This document shows, piece after piece, positions 41,445 to 51,951 of a DNA stretch of 58,763 bases. Below the pieces are notes generated by a model. It had not been told where the DNA came from, did no database searches, and saw only the letters and a list, made by a program, of their open reading frames with translations. Source of the stretch: Aquificaceae bacterium. GTDB taxonomy: Bacteria; Aquificota; Aquificia; Aquificales; Aquificaceae. Position 1 is the first letter of the stretch; every line of letters starts with the position of its first letter. The translations under genes were made by a program, and so were the position numbers. The stretch is from NCBI GenBank assembly GCA_039630345.1, contig JBCNVD010000002.1, positions 1 to 58,763 of the forward strand, read 5' to 3'.

Positions 41445-42782
41445 ATGCACCAAAGAGAGCCAATTGTCGCAATAGCTACACCTTCTGGAGAGTCTGCTAT
41501 AGGAGTAATTCGTGCTTCTGGGGCTAATTTATTATCCCTGACCTCTGGCTTTCTTCGCTTTCGCTCGCAACTAAAGCCATGGCGCTCTACGATGGTTAAG
41601 GTCCTAAATCCTTCCAATGGCAACATCATAGATGAGGGTATAGCCACCTTTTTCAAAGCTCCCAAAAGCTACACAGGCGAGGATATGCTGGAGCTTAGTC
41701 TGCACGGAAACCCTTTGCTTTTAAATAGAGTTCTTGAGCTATTTATAGATGCTGGTATTCGTCTGGCTCTGCCGGGAGAGTTTACCAAAAGAGCTTTCCT
41801 GAATGGAAAAATAGACCTGACACAGGCCTCTGCCGTGGCGGATATCATAAGCGCAAAAACCCATCTTGCATTGGAGAGCGCAATGCGTCAGCTACAAGGA
41901 GAACTCTCACACAAGCTGCTTCCTTTGCGCGAGGAGATATTGAGACTAAGTGCATATCTTGAGGCTCAGATAGAATTCTCCGAAGAGGGTATTCCCACGC
42001 TCTCTCACGAAGAGATACTTGATGCTTTTAATAAAATACTTTCTCAAGTGCAATCTCTTTTAAAGAGCGCCAGGGCAGGCGATTTCATAAGAGGTGGGTT
42101 TAGCATAGCTCTTGTTGGCTTGCCAAACTCGGGTAAGTCCTCTCTCTTTAACCGTCTTCTTGGGTTTGAACGCTCTATAGTGTCTCCTGTTGCAGGCACT
42201 ACCAGAGATTTTATAAGCGAGTCTTTAAGGCTTTCTGGGTTTTTGATAACGCTTTTTGATACCGCGGGAATTCGCTCCACAGAGGACTCAATAGAATCAG
42301 AAGGCGTAAAAAGGTCTATACAGAAGCTAAAGCAGGCGCACTTATCTATTCATGTTGTTGATGGTTCTTTGCCCCCCTGTGAGGGGGATTTATACATAAA
42401 GAGTCTCCTCGAAGGAACTAATTACATAAAAGTCCTTAACAAATCAGACCTCGGGATTCATCCAATGCACAAAGAAGGAATAAAAGTAAGCGCCCTTACG
42501 GGCGAGGGTATAGACTCTCTCATAGACGAGATTATTTCGCGCCTTGGGGTCTTTGGGGACTGTTCCGCTATTTTGCTATCAAGCAAACAATTAAACCACT
42601 TGAAAAAATCTGAAGAGGTGCTAAAATCTACGGTAGATAAACTTCAGGCAGGTGAAATTTTCCCGGAAATCCTGATGGTTGAGCTTAGAGAAATTACGAG
42701 TGCGCTTGAGGAATTGCTCGGCATAAGTCCGGGCGAAGACCTTCTTTCTGAGATTTTTTCTCGCTTTTGTATTGGAAAGTGA
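41445..42782 (+). CDS. mnmE: tRNA modification GTPase MnmE
   Basis: [53 protein letters not shown]. Confidence 0.97.
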   Translation: MHQREPIVAIATPSGESAIGVIRASGANLLSLTSGFLRFRSQLKPWRSTMVKVLNPSNGNIIDEGIATFFKAPKSYTGEDMLELSLHGNPLLLNRVLELFIDAGIRLALPGEFTKRAFLNGKIDLTQASAVADIISAKTHLALESAMRQLQGELSHKLLPLREEILRLSAYLEAQIEFSEEGIPTLSHEEILDAFNKILSQVQSLLKSARAGDFIRGGFSIALVGLPNSGKSSLFNRLLGFERSIVSPVAGTTRDFISESLRLSGFLITLFDTAGIRSTEDSIESEGVKRSIQKLKQAHLSIHVVDGSLPPCEGDLYIKSLLEGTNYIKVLNKSDLGIHPMHKEGIKVSALTGEGIDSLIDEIISRLGVFGDCSAILLSSKQLNHLKKSEEVLKSTVDKLQAGEIFPEILMVELREITSALEELLGISPGEDLLSEIFSRFCIGK

Positions 42783-42792
42783 GGAGGTTTTA

Positions 42793-44079
42793 ATGGAAAT
42801 CAAAGAGAGGAAAGTTTATGGACTTGAAGAGCTTAAAAAGCTCTCCCTTGGTGAGCTCCAGCGTATAGGCAGAGAGCTTGAGCTCTCGCGCGTCACAGGT
42901 TTAAGAAAAGAAGAGCTTATTGAGAAAATTCTGGCAACCCAGGCACGCGAGGAGGGTCTGATTTTTGTCAAAGGAGTGCTAGAAATTATTCAGGACGGAG
43001 GCTATGGATTTATAAGGAGTCAGGAAAACAACTACATGCAAAGCCCAAGCGATGTGTATGTTGCCCCCTCGCAAATAAAGCGCTTTTATTTAAGAACAGG
43101 CGACACCATCATCGGCTTTGCTCGCCCCCCCCAGGATAAAGAAAAATACAGGGCTCTTATAAGGATAGAATCTGTCAACTCAATACCCCCTGACCCGGAA
43201 GTTTTAAAGTCAAGACCTGTTTTTGAAAAGCTCACTCCTTATCACCCAACTCAGAGGTTTAACCTTGAAACAACCCAGAGCGAGCTCTCTACGAGACTTT
43301 TGAGTCTTATTAGCCCGATTGGCAAAGGTCAAAGGGCTATGATAGTAGCACCGCCAAAGGCTGGAAAAACGGTCCTTTTGCAGAAAATCTCAAAAGCCAT
43401 AATCCAAAATCACCCCGAGGTTTATTTAATTATCCTCCTGATAGACGAGCGCCCTGAGGAAGTTACTGAAATGCGCCGAATAGTCGGCGATGGGGCAGAG
43501 GTGGTTGCATCAACCTTTGACGAGCCCCCGGAAAGGCACATGCAGGTTGCAGAGCTCGTTATGGAAAAAGCCCGCAGGATGGTGGAGCTAAAGCAGGATG
43601 TCGTTATCCTGCTTGATTCAATGACGCGATTTGGAAGAGCTGCAAACGCGGTTACCCCGCCTACGGGTAGGGTCCTAACAGGCGGTATAGAAGCCACAGC
43701 TCTTCAGCGCCCCAAAAAGTTCTTCGGCGCAGCAAGAAACATAGAAGAAGGTGGATCTTTAACCATTATTGCAACGGCCCTTATTGAAACGGGTTCAAAG
43801 ATGGACGATGTTATTTACGAAGAGTTCAAGGGCACGGGCAATATGGAGTTGCATCTGGATAGACGCCTTATGGAGCGAAGGGTCTTTCCTGCAATCAACA
43901 TAGAAAAATCAGGCACCAGAAAAGAAGAGCTCTTACTAGAGGAGTGGGAACTGCAAAGACTTTGGGTTCTTAGAAAGTTTCTGGCTTCAATGGACCCGGT
44001 AGAGGCAATGGAATTTCTAATAGAAAAACTCAAGAAGTTCAAAACCAACCGGGATTTTCTAAAAGCTATGCAATCTTAA
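42793..44079 (+). CDS. rho: transcription termination factor Rho
   Basis: [45 protein letters not shown] before ATG 42793. Confidence 0.98.
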   Translation: MEIKERKVYGLEELKKLSLGELQRIGRELELSRVTGLRKEELIEKILATQAREEGLIFVKGVLEIIQDGGYGFIRSQENNYMQSPSDVYVAPSQIKRFYLRTGDTIIGFARPPQDKEKYRALIRIESVNSIPPDPEVLKSRPVFEKLTPYHPTQRFNLETTQSELSTRLLSLISPIGKGQRAMIVAPPKAGKTVLLQKISKAIIQNHPEVYLIILLIDERPEEVTEMRRIVGDGAEVVASTFDEPPERHMQVAELVMEKARRMVELKQDVVILLDSMTRFGRAANAVTPPTGRVLTGGIEATALQRPKKFFGAARNIEEGGSLTIIATALIETGSKMDDVIYEEFKGTGNMELHLDRRLMERRVFPAINIEKSGTRKEELLLEEWELQRLWVLRKFLASMDPVEAMEFLIEKLKKFKTNRDFLKAMQS

Positions 44080-45059
44080 TGCAACTGAGAGAATTCCTAA
44101 AGTCCCAAGAGATAAAAAATCCGCTAGGGGTTTACCTAATTTACGGGGAGGAGAATTTCTTTGTAGATCAGCTTTCAGCAGCCCTCAAAGACCTCCATAA
44201 GGCTACAGTTTTATGGGGTGATGAAATAGCTGTCCGCGACCTCTTGCTCCTTTTAAGCTCTACAAGTTTTCTTTATAAAAGACCTGTTTTTTTAATAAGA
44301 GATGCCCACCAGGCCCTCTTTAAAGACCATAATGCAATTTTAAAGCTGGATAAACTCTCGAAAGAGCGCTCAGGCGCTATTTTTTTCCATCTCAGTTATG
44401 CAAGCTCTGAAAAAGACCTCGGCGAGCTATCTTCTTTGAAAATTCCTCTAATTCACTCTCGAAGACTGGACCAGAAAACTCTTATTAAGCTAATTCAAGA
44501 TAAACTATCAGAATTAGGCATAACAATAACCCCACAAGCTACTCAGGAGCTTATCCTGAGAACCGGCAAAGACCTTATAAAACTGCGCTTTGAATTAGAA
44601 AAACTCTCCTCTCTCGGGATTAAGCAAATAGACACGGACATTATCTATAGCCTTCTGCCACCAGAGGGCGAGTTTCACACTCTTGAGCTTCTTGATGCCC
44701 TACTTGGCGCAGATTTTGATAAAGCATATGAATATTCAAAGCGCGCCTTCGGCGCATCTATGCTCATCCTCTCAGGGCTCTTGTCAATTACTCTAAGGCT
44801 TTATCTAACCCACTTTCTTATCTCTAAAGGCATTCCCAAAGAAAAGGCATTTATCGCGCTTGATTTAAAGCCTCCACTGTCAAATAAATTTGAAGCCTAC
44901 CTCAAAGCCCCCTTTGGAAGGGTAAGGCATCTTTTGGAAGTTCTTACACTGGCCGATAGAGAGATAAAGCTAAATCTCAAAGACCCTTATAACACTCTTT
45001 GCTCGGCGATTGTAAAATTCATAATCTATGAGAAGTTCAACAAAAACCAGGACAACTAA
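44079..45059 (+). CDS. holA: DNA polymerase III delta subunit
   Basis: [21 protein letters not shown]; typical length. Confidence 0.75.
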   Translation: MQLREFLKSQEIKNPLGVYLIYGEENFFVDQLSAALKDLHKATVLWGDEIAVRDLLLLLSSTSFLYKRPVFLIRDAHQALFKDHNAILKLDKLSKERSGAIFFHLSYASSEKDLGELSSLKIPLIHSRRLDQKTLIKLIQDKLSELGITITPQATQELILRTGKDLIKLRFELEKLSSLGIKQIDTDIIYSLLPPEGEFHTLELLDALLGADFDKAYEYSKRAFGASMLILSGLLSITLRLYLTHFLISKGIPKEKAFIALDLKPPLSNKFEAYLKAPFGRVRHLLEVLTLADREIKLNLKDPYNTLCSAIVKFIIYEKFNKNQDN

Positions 45060-45606
45060 AGAGACTTCAATTAAGGTAAGTCTAAACCTAGATGGCACCG
45101 GAATTTGCCGGGTAAATACTCCAATAGGTTTTCTGAATCATATGCTTGAGACCTTTAGCAAGCACTCCAGGTTTGATCTAGCTGTGGAAGCGACCGGAGA
45201 CATAGAGGTCTCTTATCATCACACCGTGGAAGATGCAGGCATAACAATAGGCATGGCTCTGGACGAAGCCCTTGGAAATAGAGCAGGGATTAACCGCTTT
45301 GGTCATTGCATCCTCCCCATGGACGAGGCACTGATTTTGGTAGCTCTTGATATTGGCGGTCGCGGACTTTTTTTCTATGAAGATATGTCTCTAAGGGGTA
45401 AAATAACAGATTTTGACTTTGAGTTAATATGGGAGTTTTTTAAAGGTCTCTGTCTTGAAGCAAAGATATGCGCTCATATAAAAATCCTGAGCGGCAAGCT
45501 CCTTCACCACATAGCGGAAGCGTGCTTTAAAGCCTTTGCCATTTCTCTAAGGCAGGCAACTTCAATCTCAAGCCTTGATATTCCCTCAACAAAAGGAACA
45601 ATTTAA
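45028..45606 (+). CDS. hisB: imidazoleglycerol-phosphate dehydratase
   Basis: RTTKET, GFLNHML, HHTVED, PMDEAL, HHIAEA.FKA, PSTKG. Confidence 0.96.
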   Translation: MRSSTKTRTTKETSIKVSLNLDGTGICRVNTPIGFLNHMLETFSKHSRFDLAVEATGDIEVSYHHTVEDAGITIGMALDEALGNRAGINRFGHCILPMDEALILVALDIGGRGLFFYEDMSLRGKITDFDFELIWEFFKGLCLEAKICAHIKILSGKLLHHIAEACFKAFAISLRQATSISSLDIPSTKGTI

Positions 45607-45610
45607 AGTT

Positions 45611-46777
45611 TTACTCTTGCACTATAAATCCGCTGAGTCTTCTTTCTCTTAGCTTTTCTAGCTCTCTCTGGGCGCTAATTCTATCTGCAAATCTGCCATA
45701 GTAAACCTTATGAACACCGGAACTTTCAAGCACTATCAGGTCTCTTAGTCTTAATTCAAGCTCGAGTTTTTCTCTCCACTTTTGAGCACTTTCAGGATTT
45801 GAGAATGCCCCGACCTGTATCATGTAGGCTTTCCCGTCTTGCTTTGGTTTTTCCTGAGGTTTTTTTAGCGCTTCCTGAGACTTTTGCTCGCCGGCTGGGG
45901 TGCTAACTTTTGGAATTGGCTCCTGAGGCTTTTGTTCGCTGACTGCTACGGAAACTTTCGGTGTTGGGAGTTTTTGTTCTTGTTCAGGTTGTTTTGGGGG
46001 TTCGTGCATGAGCCTACTTTGCTGTTCTTTTATAAGGATGAGACTAAGAAGCTCGTATGCCTGTTTGCGATTTTGCTGAGTTGAGTTTCTATCTTGCAAA
46101 ACCTTTCTGATGTAGTCTTTTGCGGCTTCTAGGTTGTCAAGATGGTAGTATGCTCTTGCAACCCTTAAGGATATCTCGCTTCCAGAGATGCCGTTATTTA
46201 ACAAAGACTCATAAATCGCTAAAGCTCCTCTGAAGTTGTCTTCCTGCTCGAGCGTTTTTGCAAGCTCTAACTGGGCTTCCAAATACATTGGATTGTAGGC
46301 AGCTGCTCTTTTGAGGTTATGGATGTATTGGTCGTTGTCGCCAAGCGCCTGATATACCTTGGCAAGCTGAAAATAAGCAAGGTGTTTTTGCGCAAAGGCT
46401 TCGTCTCTAATTGCCTCTTGAAGAACCTCTCTTGCCTTTAAATATTCGCCTTTTCTATAGAAAAGAATGCCTAAATTCAATCTTGATTCTGTGAAATCTT
46501 TGTTTATTTCAAGAGCTTTTCTGAAAGCCTGTTCTGATTTGTCGTATTCTTTGACTTCCATATAAGCAAGCCCGAGAGAGTTAAAGACTTTTGGTTCATT
46601 TGGTGCTAGTTGAGAAGCTTTGAAGAAGTTTGCAATAGCTTCAGAGTAGTTTTTTGCTGAAAATGCGGATAGTCCAAGTTCATAATGGTATTGCCATTGA
46701 GATTCTCTGACCGGCTCTTCTGCACTCCTGCAACCACTCAATACAACAATCAAAATTAATACTAAAACCACTCTCAT
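45611..46777 (-). CDS. TPR lipoprotein with C-terminal SPOR domain (PilF/PilW-like N-region)
   Basis: Lipobox LSGC, multiple TPRs, Pro/Gln/Lys linker, YMIQVGAFS...KVYYGRF. Confidence 0.85.
   Translation of the reverse strand: MRVVLVLILIVVLSGCRSAEEPVRESQWQYHYELGLSAFSAKNYSEAIANFFKASQLAPNEPKVFNSLGLAYMEVKEYDKSEQAFRKALEINKDFTESRLNLGILFYRKGEYLKAREVLQEAIRDEAFAQKHLAYFQLAKVYQALGDNDQYIHNLKRAAAYNPMYLEAQLELAKTLEQEDNFRGALAIYESLLNNGISGSEISLRVARAYYHLDNLEAAKDYIRKVLQDRNSTQQNRKQAYELLSLILIKEQQSRLMHEPPKQPEQEQKLPTPKVSVAVSEQKPQEPIPKVSTPAGEQKSQEALKKPQEKPKQDGKAYMIQVGAFSNPESAQKWREKLELELRLRDLIVLESSGVHKVYYGRFADRISAQRELEKLRERRLSGFIVQE
45873..45968 (-). repeat. 48-bp in-frame tandem duplication in the linker
   Basis: PTPKVSVAVSEQKPQE / PIPKVSTPAGEQKSQE; TCCTGAG at 45873 and 45921. 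Confidence 0.7.
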
Positions 46778-47322
46778 TTTACTAAAATGGCATCTCCAAA
46801 TTCTCTTTTGAGCTTTCTTATATCAGCTCTTATGTCTTCAGATTTAACTGTCACGACAATTTTATGAAAGTTGCCATCTTTTATTATTTCAGAGTTATAT
46901 CCCTTTTCTTTTGCCATGTTGGCAACTCTTAGTGCGTTTGTTTCCGTGCGAAATGCTCCAATTTGGACCTTAAAAACCTCTCCCTGCTGTTGGTCTGGCT
47001 TGGTTTGAGCTTTATCCTCTTTCTTAGCCTGAGGCTTTGCTTCTATGGCTTTTTGTTTCATCTCGGGTTTTTCTCCTACATCTGACTTAGCAGCTTCGGG
47101 TTTTGCATCCTGGCTTTTTGTCTCTTTGAGTTCTGGCTTTTGAGCTTCAGCTGGCTGTGTCTCTTGAGCGGGCTTTTGCTCTTTGGGCTCATTTTTTATA
47201 ACCACCTCTAGCTCTGACGTTTGTTGTTGAGCTTTTGAGCTTTCCCACCTTTGCACTCCCAGGTATAAAACCACAATTGCTCCAAAGACGAGCGCTATAG
47301 CTATTAACTTGTCCTTTTTCAT
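46774..47322 (-). CDS. SPOR-domain membrane protein (FtsN/DedD-like)
   Basis: N-terminal TM, low-complexity linker, FKVQIGAFR; TAAAAT and AAGGAGG upstream. Confidence 0.85.
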   Translation of the reverse strand: MKKDKLIAIALVFGAIVVLYLGVQRWESSKAQQQTSELEVVIKNEPKEQKPAQETQPAEAQKPELKETKSQDAKPEAAKSDVGEKPEMKQKAIEAKPQAKKEDKAQTKPDQQQGEVFKVQIGAFRTETNALRVANMAKEKGYNSEIIKDGNFHKIVVTVKSEDIRADIRKLKREFGDAILVK

Positions 47323-47346
47323 TCTCTTCCCTCCTTATAAATTTTA

Positions 47347-48591
47347 TCAAAAACTACGCATAAGGTTTCTAAGCCTTGAAAGCTCGTCAAGAGAGTTAAA
47401 CCTGTTGTCTTTGACAGTTCCATAGTACATAAAGGAAAAACTCCTGAGACCTAAAGAGTGAAGTCTTCTCAAGTATTCAGCGTTTGTCATCTGCCTTGCG
47501 TCATCCGCAACAACATCAGCCCTGTGGTTATTTGGCATGTAATGCGCAAGATGTATAGGTTTCCTGTAGCTACTATAAAATTCACAGTTTCTTAAAATCC
47601 TTTGAGGGTTGCCATAGCCTCCTCGCTCTGAGGCTTTAAAATCCATCATGCTCTGGAAAAATACCGCATTTGATGCATTAATAACCGGTTCAAAAAACCT
47701 TATAAATTCAATTCCCTCGGGGAATTCAACAAGCCATCCTCCAAAACATGTTCCGAAGTCGCTATTTGGGAGTATGCGCCTTATTTCGTCTATTGCCCTG
47801 AGTAAATTTGCGCGAAGCGCGCTGAAGTAATTTCTAGTCTGGTCGCTTATAACATCTGTATGCGGGATCCTGTGTGGGCAGGAGCTGTCCTGCCTGCATG
47901 CAGTGTATGTGGATTGCTCTGTTGCTAAAACTATGTATGTTTTTGTGTTAACCTGGTCTCTAAGGATTTGTAAGATTTCTCTGAGGTCTCTTATAAAGTC
48001 TTCTGATGTGTGATAATCCCCGTTTGTTCTGGCGCCAAGCCCTGGATTTTGTCCATCGTAGTTTTCCCAGGTTATTAGCATAATTTCATATCCCGCTCTT
48101 GACCACTCTTCAAACCTTCTTGCATTCGCCCAATTCCTTATAAAGCTCATGCTAGAGCCTGTTATTCTCCCTGATGAGTCTCTGCCTCCATTTAACCAAA
48201 AGCACACTATTTGAGGGTTGAGTCTTCTTAAGACCATCTCTCCATTTGGGTCGTATCCGTTTATCATCCTCTCAGGGTCGTCTCCAAGCCCAAATTTTAT
48301 TGAGAGAGGACCTGAGCTTCCGCCTCCCCCCTGAGAGCCTCCTGTTGTACCTGAGCCACCGCCTGAACCTCGTGTACCTCCCTGAGAGCCCCCTGCTGTG
48401 CTTGAGCCACCGCTTGAACTTCCTGTGCCACCTTGCGAAGTCCCTGAAGTGCCACCTGCTGGCGCTGGACTTCCGGTGTTTGCTTGAGAATTACCTATAG
48501 CAGGTGTGCCTGAAGAGCCACCACCTCCCCCGCAGGCACTAAGGAGAGCCCCTATTCCAAGCTTTAGAAGAATTTCCCTCCTATTTAGCAT
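47347..48591 (-). CDS. Tat-exported lipoprotein with Gly/Ser/Thr linker and putative glycoside-hydrolase-like domain
   Basis: MLNRREILLK...LSAC lipobox, ~75-aa G/S/T linker, alternating beta/alpha domain with ITWE, LATE, FQSM. Confidence 0.7.
   Translation of the reverse strand: MLNRREILLKLGIGALLSACGGGGGSSGTPAIGNSQANTGSPAPAGGTSGTSQGGTGSSSGGSSTAGGSQGGTRGSGGGSGTTGGSQGGGGSSGPLSIKFGLGDDPERMINGYDPNGEMVLRRLNPQIVCFWLNGGRDSSGRITGSSMSFIRNWANARRFEEWSRAGYEIMLITWENYDGQNPGLGARTNGDYHTSEDFIRDLREILQILRDQVNTKTYIVLATEQSTYTACRQDSSCPHRIPHTDVISDQTRNYFSALRANLLRAIDEIRRILPNSDFGTCFGGWLVEFPEGIEFIRFFEPVINASNAVFFQSMMDFKASERGGYGNPQRILRNCEFYSSYRKPIHLAHYMPNNHRADVVADDARQMTNAEYLRRLHSLGLRSFSFMYYGTVKDNRFNSLDELSRLRNLMRSF
48329..48430 (-). 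repeat. 51-bp in-frame tandem repeat encoding a Gly/Ser/Thr linker
   Basis: CTGAGAGCC at 48331 and 48382; GGTGSSSGGSSTAGGSQ / GGTRGSGGGSGTTGGSQ. Confidence 0.75.
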
Positions 48592-50005
48592 TTTCCACCC
48601 CCATCCTTGCATATAGCATATACCTTTCTCCCTCAAAAGCAAGATAGTAATCACTAACAAACCCTACGCTGGCTTTGGGAAATCTCCTCAAAACCAGGTC
48701 CCTCTTTTGCGTCCTGTCTAATAAAAGACAATCTACATGGTACTTTGGAAATGACAAATAGCTAAAAAATTCATAATTATAAGGGAGCACAAACTTCTTG
48801 GGTCTGCCGTGGAAATAAACTACTCCATAGGTAAAGTTGTCGTCAGTTAGTATTTTTTTACATCCTACATTTATAACTGCCCTTGCTGCTTCTATTTCTT
48901 CTTTAATGTTTAGTCTATTGTCTACTTTAAGTCCTAAAAGGGCTCTTGTGAAGAACTTTTCGTTATCTTCTCCTATTTTTATGGCTAAAAAGATTGATAT
49001 CAGCAAAGATAAAGTGCTTAAGCTAATGTATACAACAGGCCTTGGAGAACCAAGCCAGACCCAGAAAACAAATCCAAAAAAGCCGAGAAAAATACCTAGA
49101 TTCATATAGGGTATAAAAATATCCATTTTGATAGATAAGGTTAAGATAATAGCAGGTGTAGAATAAAAAATCAAAAGTGGCAAGAGATAAAACCCAAGTG
49201 TTTCTGACTTTTTTAACATCAAAAAAAGCACGAAGATATAAGTAATTCCTACAGCAAAGCTGTAAATAAGCAATTCCGGAATGCTAATTCTTATGCTAGT
49301 GATATCGCCTGCAAAGACTGAATAGGGGCTTTTTATGAAGTGGAGCGGGTCTTTAACAAAAACCCAGTTTATATACATCCACATCAGGAAAAAGAAAATG
49401 ATTGGGGTTAGCTTAACTATGGTGATTGCGATTATGTAAGCTTGCTCTTTGTGCATAGTAGATAGCCATATTCCCAGCAGAAAAAAAGGGATTGCAAGAA
49501 TTGCTCTGAAGTCTACAAAAAAGAGCATTCCAAGTAGCATACCACTTGCAAAAGCATGTAGTGAAAAGCCTTCGCTTATATGTTTTACTGCGTAATAGAC
49601 GCTAAGTGTAAAAAGTATGTAAAAAACCAAGAAGGCAAATTTTTGCGTCGCCAGAAAGACTGTTAAAGGATTAAAAATCAGCATAATAAGACCTATAACT
49701 TCATAAATTCCTAACCTGCTTGCAAATTGCCTTATAAAAAGTGCTAAAGTCAGTGAGCTAACTATAGAAGATGTCAGTATAGGGTTTTTAAAAATTAAAA
49801 CTGGGATAATAGCAAGAGGCGCATATACAAACCCCGCGTTTTCATATCTTGGTGGATTGCCCTCTCTTATTATAAGTGCTTTTTCTACCAGATTTAATAG
49901 GTCTCGATGCAAATATTGGTATTCTTGAAATATCCTGTTGCCAGCCTCGAAAAAGATTGTAAATATTAAAAAAGCTAAAAATACCAGAATAATAAATCTC
50001 ATCAA
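48581..50005 (-). CDS. multi-pass membrane protein, GT-C/PMT-like architecture
   Basis: ~11-12 TMs, first loop GFVYAPL, C-terminal soluble domain with ILTDD. Confidence 0.65.
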   Translation of the reverse strand: MMRFIILVFLAFLIFTIFFEAGNRIFQEYQYLHRDLLNLVEKALIIREGNPPRYENAGFVYAPLAIIPVLIFKNPILTSSIVSSLTLALFIRQFASRLGIYEVIGLIMLIFNPLTVFLATQKFAFLVFYILFTLSVYYAVKHISEGFSLHAFASGMLLGMLFFVDFRAILAIPFFLLGIWLSTMHKEQAYIIAITIVKLTPIIFFFLMWMYINWVFVKDPLHFIKSPYSVFAGDITSIRISIPELLIYSFAVGITYIFVLFLMLKKSETLGFYLLPLLIFYSTPAIILTLSIKMDIFIPYMNLGIFLGFFGFVFWVWLGSPRPVVYISLSTLSLLISIFLAIKIGEDNEKFFTRALLGLKVDNRLNIKEEIEAARAVINVGCKKILTDDNFTYGVVYFHGRPKKFVLPYNYEFFSYLSFPKYHVDCLLLDRTQKRDLVLRRFPKASVGFVSDYYLAFEGERYMLYARMGVENAK

Positions 50006-51951
50006 TGCTGAACCACAGGAGGTTTTACTTTCGTTATGCCGTGCTGTGTTTTTTGCCAGTAAAAGGGTCTTGTGAACAGCTCATGAAGCGCCTTATATGA
50101 AGCTCTTGAATGGAGCATCCAGTAAATTGGGTTTAAAAAGGCGTATGGCAAAAGGTCATAATACCTTCTTTTAAAAACCGCAAGGAGGTTGAGATATATT
50201 CCCATAAAGTTACCAAGAAGCAAATTAAAAAGAGACATATACATCAAAGGAGCAGGAAATACAGGGTCTAGTGCCTTTGTTTGGGTAAAAAGCCATACGA
50301 GAAAGATTGCCCACATAATTGGATTAATCAAAAATGCAAAAGGCGTCCCCCCTATAAGGAAATAAAATGTTACCATCCCTCTAAATCCCACAGCTTTATA
50401 GAGGCTAATTGGATTTCTTGCATGCACTAAAAATGTTTGCATATATCCCTTTATCCATCTTGAGCGCTGTCTTATCCAGTTTCTTACCCTTGCATTCGCT
50501 TCTTCGTATGTTGTGGAATTTACAACGCCGACTTTGTAACCTCTTCCAAATGCTCTTACACCAAGGTCTGCATCTTCTGTAGTATTGTATGGGTCCCATG
50601 CACCCACTTCTTTTAGTTTTTCTATATCGAAATGGTTACTCGTTCCCCCAAGTGGTATAGGGAGCCTAAGAGAATAAAGCCCTGGAAGAAGATAGTCAAA
50701 CCAGTAAGAGTATTCGAGGGTAAACATCTTTGTAAGGGTATTCTCCTTCCTGTTAAAGTAATTAAGAGCTGCCTGAAAGCACATATATTTTTCACCGCTT
50801 TTTCTAAAAGCAATGACTACTTTTTTAAGCTGGTCCGGGTCTGGTATGTCCTCGGCGTCATATATGGTAAGGTATTTGCCCCTTGCAAAAAATAGGCCGT
50901 AATTACAGGCTTTTGGTTTTGTTTTTGGTATGCTATTTGGAACTATCAAAAACCTCCAGTTTGCGGGGGGCTTATGAGCTTTTGCAGCCTCGAGAGTTTC
51001 TTTGTCGTCTTCTTCTAAAAGCAAGATTACATCGAGCTTATTCTGCGGGTAGTCAATCTTTTTCAGGCTATTTATCAAAATACCTATAACTTCAGGCTCT
51101 TTGTAAACTGGTACTAGAACTGTGTAAACAGGCAGGTCTTTCTCTTCGAGAGCTTTGACCTCTTCATCGGTTATAAATTGTTGCATCTCGCTCTTTGCCC
51201 CTGCTATGCTGACAACGAGCTTAAAAAGTATTGAAAAAACATAGAAAATCTGTATAAAAAGCAGGATTATTACAAAAGTCAGCCGAACATTAAAATAGAT
51301 ACCTATAAGGAACAAAAATATCAAAGCTCCCATTAAAAAGACCTGAGTTTTGGAAAACACGATTGAAGCGGAATATTGCGGTGTCAGATAAAAAAGTCCG
51401 TTTATTGCCCTATCTATAAACTTGTCTTTGAAAAAGTGCTCCAGACTTTTAATCAGGTCTAGGTCAGTTATAACTATTTGCTTTATTTGCTTATCGGGAA
51501 AGTGTTTTTTGCAAAAGCTCTCTAATCTCTTGCTCATTGGGTCAGAAGTGAGAATAACAACTGTTTTCCCGTCTGATCTAGCAGGTATTACCTCGTGATT
51601 TGCAAGTTCGTTGGGTATAAACCTTGAGATTAGTCTATGGTCTATGTATGAAATAATACCCTCCCTGTCAAGCCATAGTTCAAGTCCGAAGTGCTTTGCA
51701 AGAACTCTATATAGGTCTATCCTCCTTATGTAACCAAGGCATGCAAGAATCCAGCCAAGTCTACCTCCGTATTTTCGCTGATAACTCAGGGCTTCTTCAA
51801 GTTGCTCTGGCGTTATGACCCCTTCTTCTACTAAAACCTCTCCTAATTTTTTAGAAGGACTGCCAGATATTGAGGAAGAACCCTGAGCCATCGCCTGTGT
51901 TTCTTCCGAAAATAACCTTCTGGTATCCAAATCCGACTGAGCCTTTTCCAT
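50002..51951 (-). CDS. processive GT2 polysaccharide synthase with N-terminal MshEN (c-di-GMP) domain
   Basis: Tandem MshEN motif; VPVYKE, TKPKACN, YDAED, GGTSNHF, TEDADLG, RQRSRW; TMs flank the GT domain; alternative ATG at 51891. Confidence 0.9.
   Translation of the reverse strand: MEKAQSDLDTRRLFSEETQAMAQGSSSISGSPSKKLGEVLVEEGVITPEQLEEALSYQRKYGGRLGWILACLGYIRRIDLYRVLAKHFGLELWLDREGIISYIDHRLISRFIPNELANHEVIPARSDGKTVVILTSDPMSKRLESFCKKHFPDKQIKQIVITDLDLIKSLEHFFKDKFIDRAINGLFYLTPQYSASIVFSKTQVFLMGALIFLFLIGIYFNVRLTFVIILLFIQIFYVFSILFKLVVSIAGAKSEMQQFITDEEVKALEEKDLPVYTVLVPVYKEPEVIGILINSLKKIDYPQNKLDVILLLEEDDKETLEAAKAHKPPANWRFLIVPNSIPKTKPKACNYGLFFARGKYLTIYDAEDIPDPDQLKKVVIAFRKSGEKYMCFQAALNYFNRKENTLTKMFTLEYSYWFDYLLPGLYSLRLPIPLGGTSNHFDIEKLKEVGAWDPYNTTEDADLGVRAFGRGYKVGVVNSTTYEEANARVRNWIRQRSRWIKGYMQTFLVHARNPISLYKAVGFRGMVTFYFLIGGTPFAFLINPIMWAIFLVWLFTQTKALDPVFPAPLMYMSLFNLLLGNFMGIYLNLLAVFKRRYYDLLPYAFLNPIYWMLHSRASYKALHELFTRPFYWQKTQHGITKVKPPVVQH

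Noticed and set aside
41435..41665. N-terminal extension of the 155-aa minus-strand ORF
   Set aside because: Antisense shadow of the mnmE 5' end; TPR-like sequence starts at ATG 41434
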